63,936 nucleotides of DNA, filler included, from an uncultured Methanosarcinales archaeon (GCA_964385185.1; 3 parts of 3 records of this genome joined end to end with filler, not necessarily neighbours in it); one strand, 5' to 3'. Shown: positions 22,801-30,953, counted from the first letter of the whole stretch. Notes: a model not told the origin generated them from the sequence alone. Numbers and translations: made by a program.

Positions 22801-23403
22801 GGAAGGTCTGATAGAGAAGTTTGTGATTTAGGTGATGCTGCTAATTTAACCTGTACAAATTATCCTGGAGCTGCTGCTGCAGGATTTACAGGAGGAGCAT
22901 TATCATGTGTAACTTCAGTTCCAACCTGTGGATTTGGAGATATTAATACCAGTCAATGCTTTACTTGTGGAGACGGTACACATACTCCTGAGAAGGGTGA
23001 AGTGTGTGAAGTAAATATGAAGACTACCTGTGGTGCTTTAGGTATTGGTGTTGGCGAGGCTACTTGCAGCAATAGTTGTGAGTGGGATGTCAGCGAATGT
23101 AGTTTCTGTGGAAATAATGTGTGTGAAGCTGCTGAAGGTGAGAATGCTGCTAGTTGTGGTGTAGATTGTAAAGGGGAGGGAGCATCATGTAACTTAGATG
23201 AACAGTGTGAGACTGGCTATGAATGTACTCCTGGAAAACTGTGTACAATTACTTCCAAAATTGAATGTAGGACTAACAGTACTTGTTCAAGTGGAGAGTT
23301 TTGTAACGATGCTCTACGATGTGCAGATATTATAGAGTGTACTAGAAATAGTGACTGTGATGATGGATATAGATGTAGCAATGATAATAAGTGTAGCACC
23401 TGA
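10885..23403 (+). CDS. Giant (4172 aa) secreted Cys-rich surface protein with DUF4215/Myxococcus-type Cys repeats, Ig-like and FN3-like domains
   Basis: Sec-type signal peptide. Dozens of CGDG...E-x-CDDGN...DGCS..C repeats and CxDGxxNxxExDVDCGGxC repeats, interspersed beta-sandwich domains, and an FN3-like H...TGLEPSTDYSV segment. No C-terminal TM. Confidence 0.9.
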   Translation: MKYRNMIVVLAILLVLSFGVYGISLPSTPDCFTDNDCSVFNKGGVDCRGGDCVCTSNSCVKSVCQNNVKEGLEDCDDGNSNNDDACSSTCTLTFCGDGDTQQPNGNDLSEQCDDGVGNSNSCVPGRDGECTVCTDQCLSQTFIGSFCGDSQVDSAFGETCDDGNTVNDDGCTNGCLLPACGDGIQQNGEACDDGNSVNTDSCTNACTLAVCGDSFTQTGEECDDGNDNNNDGCTNSCTVLSCGDGFIQGSEQCDDGVNNADSCVASRDGSCDVCTTACVEKTVVGSSCGDGNVDSHFEQCDDGNTNSNDGCSSTCRDESCGDGIQQSNEACDLGSNNANTGTCTDACSLATCGDGFTQSGETCDDGNSDEDDGCSSSCQIEFCGDEIRQANEACDAGPNGNLLCTSSCTLTFCGDGVTQIENGEEVDEACDDGNSVESDGCNNICQLTICGDDIVQQPNGNLLAEVCDDGTDNANNCVATRDGTCSFCDVNTCQPADVTGAFCGDGNFDIGDEQCSDSNAAGFCVEDCNQNIKPEITFISPSAGDNMPLGQEIEVEVRVVDRDVKAANTLQRIDFTVKLGNSVVSEERITSIGENQFFTHTFTPVETGSYSIQVKAIDSDVTVGSIGAVTEVDATIQLKTVKELGIGDNDIATYTLNDESIQITDPPEKPSLTSRFVLWLRGLVGFAVRTSVIADADQSKVVNNGADFKAFLSYTIVNSASQAVKRVGPTEIEVGRVEKLDVLFDDLAGQDGSNLFGWDPFDRDISVQSVEDIFGLYQLKVHLEDSDGVVIRNTDGRSLAVVSDFRIAELCGDGRATGDEVCDESEFAGKVCSDFLNSGGKPFTGGSLTCSDSCDLSTTVACVTEPGCENGLRDSDISLQETDVDCGGPIVNGCSRCAITQACGVDTDCGSGLICQTNVCVKDPVCGDSVLDEGEACDDGNTVNNDVCSSTCTNTFCSDSVQQSPNGAGQFESCDDGNVANNDGCNSVCQNEQCGDGVQQNGESCDDGNTNNGDGCSASCNVEVCGDGVVQTPNAAGFTELCDDGVSGSDTCNSQCTFTFCGDGVRQSGEACDDGNGNNNDGCSATCSEERCGDGIVQTIEGCDLGLGNSNTGSCTLSCSLAECGDGFRQVGEACDDGDANSNTGSCTLSCNVAGCGDGFLQSGEACDDGNNLNTDSCTNACVAAVCGDSFVQSGEECDFGVSNSNTGICTTSCLLPTCGDGFRQASEQCDEGEQNSNTGSCTLTCRTDLCGDGFVQSGEFCDDGNTNSGDGCSNSCLLEVCGDGIVQTPNRDGQNEACDDGNTVDTDSCTNACEASFCGDGTQQSGEACDDGNEINNDGCSDLCVVEFCGDGIQQASEACDDGNLVNNDACSSSCEIEVCGDQIIQTGEQCDDGNFLENDACTNSCRVTTCGDGRVQVPNGEGVSESCDDGNSVNNDECSNSCRVTFCGDGIIQSGGNGLGVDEGCDDGADNANSCVATRDGTCSFCDVNTCQPADVTGAFCGDGNFDIGDEQCSDSNAAGFCLADCDQNILPDISILEPENGDIIPLGKTVNIIATVTDQDINPERDLEDVEIIVELRGREITKTKSNSVGSVSSFSFPFLPEQTGDYVIKVIATDSVDTEKSIVVRSEIDASIQMKTLKDINLPPGEIATYTLLDKSVQLTDPPDPEPLVKRVVGWLRGLVGFAVRASVVAEEDQSKIVNRGAPFEAFIRYQIIQNSLAIKTIGPVPLAVDSLVKLDITFDELSGQSNVFGWIPTDRVDTNVVTEDLFGSYQFRAQLLDSSGTVLHNKDENSLTVLSPFVIAPTCGDTIRTGDEVCDTTDFGSVQCSDFLNTAGNAFTGGSLSCGNSCEAIDKSQCVTAAACENGLLDAGNPLFETDTDCGGPVANGCSRCAITDSCLVNSDCGTGLLCESNVCVKEAVCGDGVLDEGEVCDGSSSGAQPLCTDHAFGSGTFDSGVVGCAADCGSYILTECNVCGNNELEDGEQCDGSVPSGTTCNLVDPDNTIGKGTLSCSSSCTLDEGACLQCQDDPACGSVDDIVCDGGRNFQTCELVNGCLQLSTTSSCSNVIDGGDSEVICQQNECRVEPDVIITLVSPTVSAVPSADVNLVVSTNKAASCTINIGNGGVGMSSEDQITHTRSVTLPQNGDNDLIFTCTDDLTGKTVPITETIALRVEEPGIGAITFLPQGATTVQNLVEIGTGNLRFSTDELSTCRFDFGVNDFSRMQETVGDGNGRNVHQTDVVIDELRTDQILLFVGCITEVGVVETKPLTIDVTLNAEFTASVVSPLGEVDLGSVIVEVETNKRAFCKLQVEEGLQSGLLQSNDRHTHSRAFLDLEEGTYVFELLCQSDDNELLTQSIPFEFFPNGKPPSCNDGSQNGDESDVDCGGSCGGCGISIQCGVSSDCSSNFCSSGVCAEASCTDEIQNGQETAVDCGGSCICTTGQACQDNNQCDSSSCTAQGVCGAATCIDGIKNQDESSVDCGGSCKGCGTEVFCNIDSDCRDGICGSINSPNDHLCAAPSCFDSVQNGLETGLNCGRDCAACNVGNGCLLNSDCVEGVCDSGSGLCAAASCNDRVLNGGESGVDCGGSCSATCDVGIGCFSVTDCSSGICSSGVCTAPTCEDGLQNQGESDVDCGGSCGVCGAGDTCTEGSDCSSNKCKGGFCTIPSCSDSVLNQDETGIDCGGDVCGTCQIGDSCSVGDDCFTDICVSEVCVAQTCEDGITNQDENDVDCGGVCGACSEGNSCDISSDCTSNVCKPNVDGDFVCQAPSCDDTVKNGNEADVDCGGSCDEACVAGNTCSIISDCSVDTTCTNGVCVACRHACDIDSETVCTDDFKQQICDDVDGDHCRDPSFPLSCSAGEFCVNDGCELLLDNKLTLVEPSFGIANTGTFRVVVETDRDATCRQSTSDVVFDQMGAFNVNNGDRHVLNQLGFIGNQGSLFVTCVDVVTQESFSAEYALSVDKQPPKIIVSASPNPIVESPALSLIRVEGSTEVHCRISGSSTVFDEMEDLGKGEFSDSHTYKTPHLPDGGSTFNVVCRNRAGGEVSGSVTLDVDLGASFVVKDRTDDLFVENSGVLRVGTNKAASCSVERPSGTVVMEPDAGNLVHALTLVGLVDGLQSQLVTCESFESQDVVSLDISFDVAIGGVKESCIDGILNQDESSVDCGGEVCGACSEGDRCKVVSDCDIDSTCGSGVCVACQHECVDTGVTVCNGLDIQTCQDADKDHCRELSEAVSCAVGQVCQDDVCSAPTVLKGKISTPAFGEVDKHVFRLEVETSRVATCVWDTFDRSFDDMKEFTGGDGSLHTVEGVNIPGRVGGVFVRCVDPLADGVSLPQEISFNQKIIVDPNPPIIEFSIADPNPITDIPEKTSLIVHTDKPSVCDFVEGQVGTNGLEGDFPGKEDGVFITEHEVILDKFDLSQKEYEFRVTCESKAGVSVAAKIPVTLASDELFKITDTELAPISDIDQNALEIVTNKLASCELDLDGSKIRLKQEDRLHYTHLFNELTEREYPFTVTCLTNSFQEDTRDLTFRAIEGGENCHDGFQNQLGTELAETDVDCGGDNTCDRCEAGKKCVIGVDCVSQVCGVDGLCQVASCSDGVQNQDEEKIDCGGDICARCPNIPPVVLGLHADKEGVEIGDSVKFICEASDEESSNNKLIGEFYLRQTESPNWNLKEKEKMFYSDEDDNFVFNYQVDDLPIGQEFVGHCVISDDEDSQGLTNADLGVTVINSLPVVNLLTFEPLDLIQKKVRFICRSSDKNEDESSLDVRMTVSKDGRELFRGAAAVDTLSGGHFVDLSGVEEGVHDITCEVFDQGNDVIVLQESSVAGGIRKVNVDYNAFKDDIDPVFGEIRIVPFKDRTTVFWAANELVNGTLLVKKLKDGSQVGIPETTFKITHETLATGLEPSTDYSVAIIASDPSGNIAPSKTLSFTTTGASSCNVDTDCDLTQMCIANSCRKIPVCGDNVADFESFYAGRSDREVCDLGDAANLTCTNYPGAAAAGFTGGALSCVTSVPTCGFGDINTSQCFTCGDGTHTPEKGEVCEVNMKTTCGALGIGVGEATCSNSCEWDVSECSFCGNNVCEAAEGENAASCGVDCKGEGASCNLDEQCETGYECTPGKLCTITSKIECRTNSTCSSGEFCNDALRCADIIECTRNSDCDDGYRCSNDNKCST
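12312..12455 (+). repeat. 144-bp exact direct repeat, copy A
   Basis: Identical to 15312-15455. Confidence 0.9.
15312..15455 (+). repeat. 144-bp exact direct repeat, copy B
   Basis: Identical to 12312-12455, offset exactly 3000 nt. Confidence 0.9.
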
Positions 23404-23427
23404 GGCTTTTAAAATTTTTAATGGTGT

Positions 23428-23527
23428 NNNNNNNNNNNNNNNNNNNNNNNNNNNNNNNNNNNNNNNNNNNNTTAATTAATTAANNNNNNNNNNNNNNNNN
23501 NNNNNNNNNNNNNNNNNNNNNNNNNNN
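23428..23527. other. Artificial contig spacer
   Basis: N-run + TTAATTAATTAA (stops in all six frames) + N-run, 100 nt. The same layout occurs at 46744. Confidence 0.95.
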
Positions 23528-24534
<1,007 letters not shown>

Positions 24535-24705
24535 TTATCACGTTCCTAAAACTTAAAAAAATTTACATTTATTGTCGGAAAAACAATTGTACTTCATACA
24601 TGAATGTAATTCAAGTATACATGATTAGCCTTTCACCGACGGTGCTAACATAGTATAGCACCTTAGAAAGTGGTGGCGATAAGAATTAACAGAGGAGCCA
24701 AGTTC

Positions 24706-24727
24706 TTTATAAAGGTTTTGGTTTTTC
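24706..24727 (-). promoter_or_regulatory. Probable rRNA promoter (BRE + TATA)
   Basis: Minus strand GAAAAACCAAAACCTTTATAAAG about 170 nt upstream of the 16S 5' end. Leader contains the hairpin GGTGCTA...TAGCACC. Confidence 0.6.
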
Positions 24728-24738
24728 AGTAAGAATCT

Positions 24739-25461
24739 CTATATATCTTGCACAAATAGTGCGGCCTCCAAGTAATCCTTCCAGGCCAGGATTTCCTTAT
24801 TTATAATATCCCTTAACATTGACACGATCTGCACACCTTCAGGGAAGTTTTTTTTGCATCTTTTTAAGATTGATTTCTGATGAATTGTAGTTAACTGTTC
24901 CTCCAAATGATCAATAGGTTTCTGATAATTTCCTGCTAATTGTACTTCTTGAAAAATAGTATCAATGTCAAAATATAATTTTTTTGCATTGTCTTCTGCT
25001 TCAATTATTTTCTGAACTTCATTACCATATAATCTTTTAGCACCAGCATCAGCTGCTAACGTTTCTAATCGAATACCTTCTGCCAACAATGTTCTTCTTT
25101 GCTCTCTTAAAAATTTACATTTTACATAATCTTTATGGGACACATCCAAACTGGATTTTAATGAATGTAGATCTTCCATTACTTGAGCCTCCATTGATTG
25201 TAGACAAAGATCGTACTCTAAAACTGAAGACTCCAAACTTTGAGCTTTCGAGGAATACCATTTATGGGAAAAGTTATTTTGTTGATAACTTGTGACGGCT
25301 AATCTGATCCGGCCAATGTTCTGAGATGATTCTTCCAATTGATCAACTGAGTCCCATCCTGATTCTAATGTTGAATTCTCAATATGTGTAAGGTGACTTT
25401 GTAGTTTATCATCAGGTACATGTATTGAGGGACAAGGAAAGTTGACATAGTAGTCATCCAT
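24739..25461 (-). CDS. Hypothetical alpha-helical/coiled-coil protein, last gene of AAA-vWA operon
   Basis: 240 aa; start overlaps the vWA gene stop. Confidence 0.7.
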   Translation of the reverse strand: MDDYYVNFPCPSIHVPDDKLQSHLTHIENSTLESGWDSVDQLEESSQNIGRIRLAVTSYQQNNFSHKWYSSKAQSLESSVLEYDLCLQSMEAQVMEDLHSLKSSLDVSHKDYVKCKFLREQRRTLLAEGIRLETLAADAGAKRLYGNEVQKIIEAEDNAKKLYFDIDTIFQEVQLAGNYQKPIDHLEEQLTTIHQKSILKRCKKNFPEGVQIVSMLRDIINKEILAWKDYLEAALFVQDI

Positions 25462-26920
25462 AGATATCCCTCATTTTTCCTGTAACTAAATTTGGCAAGT
25501 CGTCAAAAGTTTGCATGGGGACAACGTTGTATCCCATATTCTCAAATGTTTCTCCAGCATCACTATTCAAATATACACAATTGCCTCCTGCACTCCTAGA
25601 TATTTTTTCCAAGTTAGCCTGTTGGTCAGTCACATTAGCAATATAGGCATCAGTAATTACCAATACATATGTGCCCCAGGAATTTCCATTAAGAAGATCA
25701 TGAATTTCAGAACCAGGAATTTCAGTTCCACCTTTTTGATAGAGTGTTAAAATAGTATCTATAGCTGTATTGTTCCTGGTAAATTCTACTGAATAATTTG
25801 CACTAGAAAAGTTCATTACAGCAACTTTCTGTCCGGCAGATAGTGCACTCTGCTTGGCAATAAAACTAGACAGAACGGGAATTGAGATATCTTCATTTCC
25901 GTCTGGCATACTCGCACTACTATCTAACACGATTAACAAATCTTTTTTCTCCTGGCTTTCTGTGGGGCCATGTGCTTCTCCAAATTTCCATTTAGAAAGA
26001 GCATTTGGATTCAAAACTCCAAATCTTGAAAGACTATACTCAAAATCTGCATCCAAAGCTTTTTCAGGTTCACAATGTATGGGGGATTCAAGAACAACAT
26101 TTCCGCTCCACCCTACGTTTTCAGGGATGAATATTTGATATCTTTTTGCAAGCATATTATAATAATCTGCAGAAACATTACTTTCAGTTCCAATTCCAAT
26201 CCCCCCCAATAATCCTCTGTATTCTCCAAACCTTAATTGTTTTCGAACTTTGTTTAATTCACTCTCACTCACCGGACCAAACTGATCGATGTCCATAGAG
26301 TCAATCAATCCGTCCTGCTCTTCATGTATGTTATGACCCGACATTGTACCAGACATTAACTTTGCAAACTCAACGATTTTATCTGGCCATTGTTTAGACC
26401 GATGCACACAATTTCGTAAGGTATTTGCCATACCTGTCACTTCTTTTGTTTTCTGTAAGCTTCCATAACCGTGAGAGATCATTTCCCCCCACACGGACAT
26501 ATACATGTTCCACCATGACTCTCCACTGTTTGGAATTCTTTCATACACAGTGCGAATTCCAGGATCTCCATTTACAAATAGATGATAATTAACCAAAAGA
26601 TCTGAAAATAAATTTTGTATCAACTTTGCATGTTGCATATTTCCCACCACGCCGTTAGCCTTGCCGATTAAAACCAGGAATGCACTCATGGAAAATGGAC
26701 AGAGCATATAATGGCCAATTTCATGATTGTGAATTGTACTCAGTAGATCTCCCCCTACCTTTTCCTCCAAATTTTTTCCATTAACACAGATTTGTTTACT
26801 TTGCATATTCATGGCGGCAATGCCATCCATGGAATTATAAATAGGATCAGGCAATTTAGGATAATGCCAAAACGCTCGAGCATCATCCCATGCTGTTTTT
26901 TTATCTTGATCTGTTAACAT
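25454..26920 (-). CDS. vWA-domain protein with N-terminal HExxH metallopeptidase-like domain
   Basis: HNHEIGH...NLFSDLLVN in the N-terminus. MIDAS elements LDSSASM, GGTEI and VITDA. ATG start MLTDQ at 26920 preferred. Confidence 0.85.
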   Translation of the reverse strand: MLTDQDKKTAWDDARAFWHYPKLPDPIYNSMDGIAAMNMQSKQICVNGKNLEEKVGGDLLSTIHNHEIGHYMLCPFSMSAFLVLIGKANGVVGNMQHAKLIQNLFSDLLVNYHLFVNGDPGIRTVYERIPNSGESWWNMYMSVWGEMISHGYGSLQKTKEVTGMANTLRNCVHRSKQWPDKIVEFAKLMSGTMSGHNIHEEQDGLIDSMDIDQFGPVSESELNKVRKQLRFGEYRGLLGGIGIGTESNVSADYYNMLAKRYQIFIPENVGWSGNVVLESPIHCEPEKALDADFEYSLSRFGVLNPNALSKWKFGEAHGPTESQEKKDLLIVLDSSASMPDGNEDISIPVLSSFIAKQSALSAGQKVAVMNFSSANYSVEFTRNNTAIDTILTLYQKGGTEIPGSEIHDLLNGNSWGTYVLVITDAYIANVTDQQANLEKISRSAGGNCVYLNSDAGETFENMGYNVVPMQTFDDLPNLVTGKMRDIYG

Positions 26921-28352
26921 AGTGTTTCTGTCGCAACGCACTTATGAGGGGATATTTGGCCAAGGAATCAATTTGTTTTATCACATTGATACATTCATCA
27001 TAATGTTCCGCCTGCCATTCTGATCCCATGTTGGCAGATATGTCCCGATACATAGGAAATAAATGAGAAGTTTCTTCAAATGAATGCAATGAAGTTTTCA
27101 AAAGACTTTTTACCCACTCTTGTCTATCATTAGACCAAACAGGATCTCTAAATGCATCCTTTGTAGGTCTTAATTTGAACCAGGTAGTATAGGTTATGGC
27201 ATGAGTTAAATCTCCCATATCTGCTTCTGAATGATTTCTCCAAGCTGCTAAACCTTTAGTAACTTGGATGATTGAATTGATCGCTCTCGTTGACAAACCA
27301 TTTTCGGTGGAGGAGCAAATATTTCCCTCTGCAGCAAAATGTTCGCAGGTATCACAGGGGGGTGCATTATACAGTGCATTTGATTTTAATTTTGTATCGG
27401 GAGTGGATCCTGCCATATCACATCCCATTAGTTCCCCCGAAAAGTGAGCAAGTTTTGATACTAAGTTTGAATCTATTGTAACATTTTGAATTTGCCTTGC
27501 AACTTCTCCCCTATCTTCTGCATACATTGCAAATGGGGTTTCTTTTTTCCCACCTAAAAAATCTTCATAGTGATAGGGATTGAGATGTTGGACGGTGACT
27601 CCAAGTGGAAATCTATCTAAAAATGGCTCAGGTAAATCAAAATTTCCTGAGTCTGCAGGATTAGCTGTAGCAAAGAGGGGTCCTGGTTTGGCAAATATAG
27701 TTTCATTTTGATAGGTCGTCCAACCCCTATCTACTAACTGATACAATATAGAAAGTGTGGCGGGAGGGATCCTATTTATTTCATCAATAATCTTAACTGC
27801 ACATGTGGTAAAATCTCTCTGGATTAACTCCCGTTCCCCCTGTAACAATTTTACAACATCATACATAGCCACCATTTTTTCCTCGGTAAGTTGCGGATGT
27901 CCATAAATTGTAGCTTGCTGGATATCTTTCATAGGAATATCAAACATCATACTCGAAACGTATTCTGGAAGTGTTGTCTTTCCTAATCCTGGTTTTCCAA
28001 AATAGATCATCGCAGAATCTGGCAACACACAGTTGAGGATGGTAAATGTTAATGGTGCATTATACATCTCTTCGCTGATCACCATTTCTTGGTTGCCTGC
28101 TTCATCTATGGGTACTCTCTGATTTTCTCCATAATGAAGGTCTAACGAGGAGGTGAGAAATTTTCCATCCTGTTGAATGATGTCATACAATTGTTTGCAT
28201 TTTTCCATTCCTGATAGTGTATCATCATGAGGCTTACTCTCAGTGGGAATTTCTTCTATGACTGAATCTAATATTTTAGGGGGAGTAGGACGAACAAAAC
28301 ATGGACGTCTTTTCTTCTCGGACAGATATCTTGATTGGAGTCTAGGATTCAT
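26901..28352 (-). CDS. MoxR-family AAA+ ATPase with Cys-cluster insert
   Basis: Walker A GKPGLGKT, Walker B IIDEINR, FATANP and LPEPFLDRF. GCD...CDTC...IC cluster in the lid region. ATG at 28352 preceded by GAGGTG. Confidence 0.9.
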   Translation of the reverse strand: MNPRLQSRYLSEKKRRPCFVRPTPPKILDSVIEEIPTESKPHDDTLSGMEKCKQLYDIIQQDGKFLTSSLDLHYGENQRVPIDEAGNQEMVISEEMYNAPLTFTILNCVLPDSAMIYFGKPGLGKTTLPEYVSSMMFDIPMKDIQQATIYGHPQLTEEKMVAMYDVVKLLQGERELIQRDFTTCAVKIIDEINRIPPATLSILYQLVDRGWTTYQNETIFAKPGPLFATANPADSGNFDLPEPFLDRFPLGVTVQHLNPYHYEDFLGGKKETPFAMYAEDRGEVARQIQNVTIDSNLVSKLAHFSGELMGCDMAGSTPDTKLKSNALYNAPPCDTCEHFAAEGNICSSTENGLSTRAINSIIQVTKGLAAWRNHSEADMGDLTHAITYTTWFKLRPTKDAFRDPVWSNDRQEWVKSLLKTSLHSFEETSHLFPMYRDISANMGSEWQAEHYDECINVIKQIDSLAKYPLISALRQKHYVNRSR

Positions 28353-29862
28353 GAGTGTGAAATGCACCTCGTGTCTGTAGTTCTTCTCTGTCCTTTCTTC
28401 CGTATTGCTCGATTGTTTTTATAAGAGTCCCTTCAGTAATACAAGGACTAAAATTATTTATCAACTTTTGAGTGTCTTGAATATGATTGCTAGAATAAAG
28501 AGCATGCCACTGATCTGAACTCCATAAGGTTGCCTGTTCTCTTGCTTGTTTAGTCACATCTCTCAATTGTCTCCCCGTAAGCTGATATTCTTGCGCAAGT
28601 GTTCCAAGTGTTCCAAATTCTTGGATATCATGCTTGCTTCCGAGTCCTTCAAGATGTAGTTTGAGAACCTCTCCCCTTTCTTCGGCTGTCTCTGGTCCTG
28701 GACAATATATTCTCTCCAATCTTGCATTCTTTAATGCTCTATCAACTTTCTCAGGATCATTTGCAGTTGCCACCAGAATATAATTCCCCTTATTTTCATA
28801 ATCTCCATCAAGAAATCTCATGAACTCCCCTAACTTCATACGTTGATAGTGAGGGGCTTGTTCATTTCGAGAAGCAAAAACCGTATCAATCTCATCCACA
28901 AAAATAAAATGAGCTTGATCTCCCTGCGTAATTTCTTGCAATTGCGACTGCAACATCTGCACACCCCCTTCTTGATAAGAACTGAACATGTTGAACTTCA
29001 TTACTGAGAATTTTTTGTTGTAGGTAGAGGCCAGAGATTCACCAAGTGACATAGCATATTTGGCACTTAGTGTTTTCCCTGAGCCAGTATCCCCCAATAG
29101 GAGAAATCCTTGTTGATAACCTAGGGAGTTGCCCCTTTGTAATGGATGTGATTGTGACTTAGGATCATACAGTAATAAGTTGCGAACACCTCTTTCAAGT
29201 TTTGAAATCGCTTCTCCATTTCCTATAATCTCAGATCGATTGATATCTGTAGAATGTATCCGTTGTGCAGGAACATTTGCAGGTGTTGATATGGTACTTG
29301 ATTTTTCTCTAAAGGAAATGATTCTATCTGAATGTGAGATTGATAAATCGGCCACTATAGGATTGTATTTTTTTTGAAGAATTTGACTAGTATATCCACA
29401 CAACTGCTCAAAAAATCGAGGTGTTTTTAGAGGGAGAGCACTTCCCGGCTCATGCAGAAATGAAAAATATTCCCTGAGCAAAATATCTAATACAGCTGTA
29501 TCGGTTCTATTAAACGGAATATTGTCAAATGACCTAGTATCCTTAGTTCTCGTTTTGATAGAATCTCCTGCAAATAGTATATTGCCCCCTATATTACCTC
29601 CAATAAGGTGCAGAGCTTCTGCTTCTCTCTTTTTATCCAAACGTCCATGCTGTTGAAGTGAATCTGTACTTGCCAAAAAATAGCTACAAAAATCTACAGC
29701 ACTTTTTATGCTAGAGTCCACATCTCTTTTTGGAAATACTTCTTGGAGGGCAGACTGCTCGGTTCGAAGGAGATGTTCAAACTCAGACTTGGAATATGAT
29801 TCCATCTGTCGTACCAATACAGTATCAAGTGTGACCTTCATTTTATTGATTGGTATAATCAT
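28342..29862 (-). CDS. Classic-clade AAA+ ATPase (Cdc48/FtsH/Vps4-like single module) with novel N-terminal domain
   Basis: GFLLLGDTGSGKT, IFVDEIDTVF, VATANDPEKVDRAL...RLE and LTGRQL motifs. Confidence 0.85.
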   Translation of the reverse strand: MIIPINKMKVTLDTVLVRQMESYSKSEFEHLLRTEQSALQEVFPKRDVDSSIKSAVDFCSYFLASTDSLQQHGRLDKKREAEALHLIGGNIGGNILFAGDSIKTRTKDTRSFDNIPFNRTDTAVLDILLREYFSFLHEPGSALPLKTPRFFEQLCGYTSQILQKKYNPIVADLSISHSDRIISFREKSSTISTPANVPAQRIHSTDINRSEIIGNGEAISKLERGVRNLLLYDPKSQSHPLQRGNSLGYQQGFLLLGDTGSGKTLSAKYAMSLGESLASTYNKKFSVMKFNMFSSYQEGGVQMLQSQLQEITQGDQAHFIFVDEIDTVFASRNEQAPHYQRMKLGEFMRFLDGDYENKGNYILVATANDPEKVDRALKNARLERIYCPGPETAEERGEVLKLHLEGLGSKHDIQEFGTLGTLAQEYQLTGRQLRDVTKQAREQATLWSSDQWHALYSSNHIQDTQKLINNFSPCITEGTLIKTIEQYGRKDREELQTRGAFHTHES

Positions 29863-30949
29863 TTACCAATGATTTCACAATTTGATCATTCTCAGCCATG
29901 AGTTTGTTATTTTTCTGCTGGACATCATTTTGATAGGTCTTGGGATCATGCTCCCTGTTTGCATTTCGTAGTGCAAACACATTTCTATCCAAATCTTGAA
30001 CACTACCTTGGTGAAAAATGCCGATAGCCTCTTTTGACGCTTTGTCCAACTGCATAAGTTCTCCAATTTCTTGCTGAAAGGTGGAGAGAGACCTACCGCC
30101 TTTGTATCGATTAATATAAAATTCAATAACGGTCAGGTCTCCCTTGAGGTTGGTATGAAATTCTTCTGCTTCCATCAAATTAAGTTCTACTGCATCATGA
30201 ATATATTCTATTTTTCCTTTGATAGAATCATTGCGAACAAGCTCTAGTCCTAGCTTTTTCTTTTTCCTCTGAAAGTCTACAATACTTTTCCTCAGTTGTA
30301 TTGTTTCTTGTTGATAGTACTGCAATAAATCGTCAGATTCTTCATCTTCGGGATTTTGTTGTAGTTTTGAATTGTAATCTCCTACTTTCACCTCATGTTC
30401 TGCTTTCATCCTTTCAGCTTGTCTGACATCACGATCGCACTGTTGAATCATGTACGAAATTCCAGTGCACGTTTTAGCATAATGATCCAATTGTGCACCT
30501 AATCCTTTTTTGCTCACAAGTGCTTGAGGGTCATCATCAAATCGATTGTGAAGATCTTCCCTCAACTCACCAATATATTGTAACAGTGATGTTTCATGAT
30601 TTTGTAATCTTTCCTGATATTTTTTTACCTCTAGTTTATAGAGATCTATCCCCCAGCCAAGTAGTTTATCATACAGAAATTTTTTAGTGCCATTAATCTC
30701 TTTAAACGCTTGAGCAACTTCACGATCTATGGATACTTTTTTATCTTCAAAATCTTTATTTTGAACTACTCTTCGGACATCATTATCTTGTTCTTGAAGT
30801 TCTTTAGTGCTGTAAGCAATCTTTTCTAATTCATCTTCCAGCTTAGCTTTTCTAAAAGCTTCAATATCCACACTTTCTTCTTCGGTAGATGGTTGTATGT
30901 CTTTCCTAAAATCATCTTCTGGCATGGCCATAGTTGCTATATCGTTCAT
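29843..30949 (-). CDS. Long coiled-coil protein
   Basis: 368 aa, E/K/Q/L-rich heptad-like pattern, SD GAGGTGA upstream. Confidence 0.75.
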   Translation of the reverse strand: MNDIATMAMPEDDFRKDIQPSTEEESVDIEAFRKAKLEDELEKIAYSTKELQEQDNDVRRVVQNKDFEDKKVSIDREVAQAFKEINGTKKFLYDKLLGWGIDLYKLEVKKYQERLQNHETSLLQYIGELREDLHNRFDDDPQALVSKKGLGAQLDHYAKTCTGISYMIQQCDRDVRQAERMKAEHEVKVGDYNSKLQQNPEDEESDDLLQYYQQETIQLRKSIVDFQRKKKKLGLELVRNDSIKGKIEYIHDAVELNLMEAEEFHTNLKGDLTVIEFYINRYKGGRSLSTFQQEIGELMQLDKASKEAIGIFHQGSVQDLDRNVFALRNANREHDPKTYQNDVQQKNNKLMAENDQIVKSLVNDYTNQ

Positions 30950-30953
30950 AAGA

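Noticed and set aside
11410..23399. Many antisense and alternate-frame ORFs within the giant gene (and similar ones elsewhere, e.g. 62653-63042)
   Set aside because: Low-complexity shadows of repetitive, skewed coding sequence.
23472..23483. TTAATTAATTAA palindrome (also at 46788-46799)
   Set aside because: Centred in N-runs of identical layout. It is an artificial six-frame-stop linker, so adjacency across it is meaningless.
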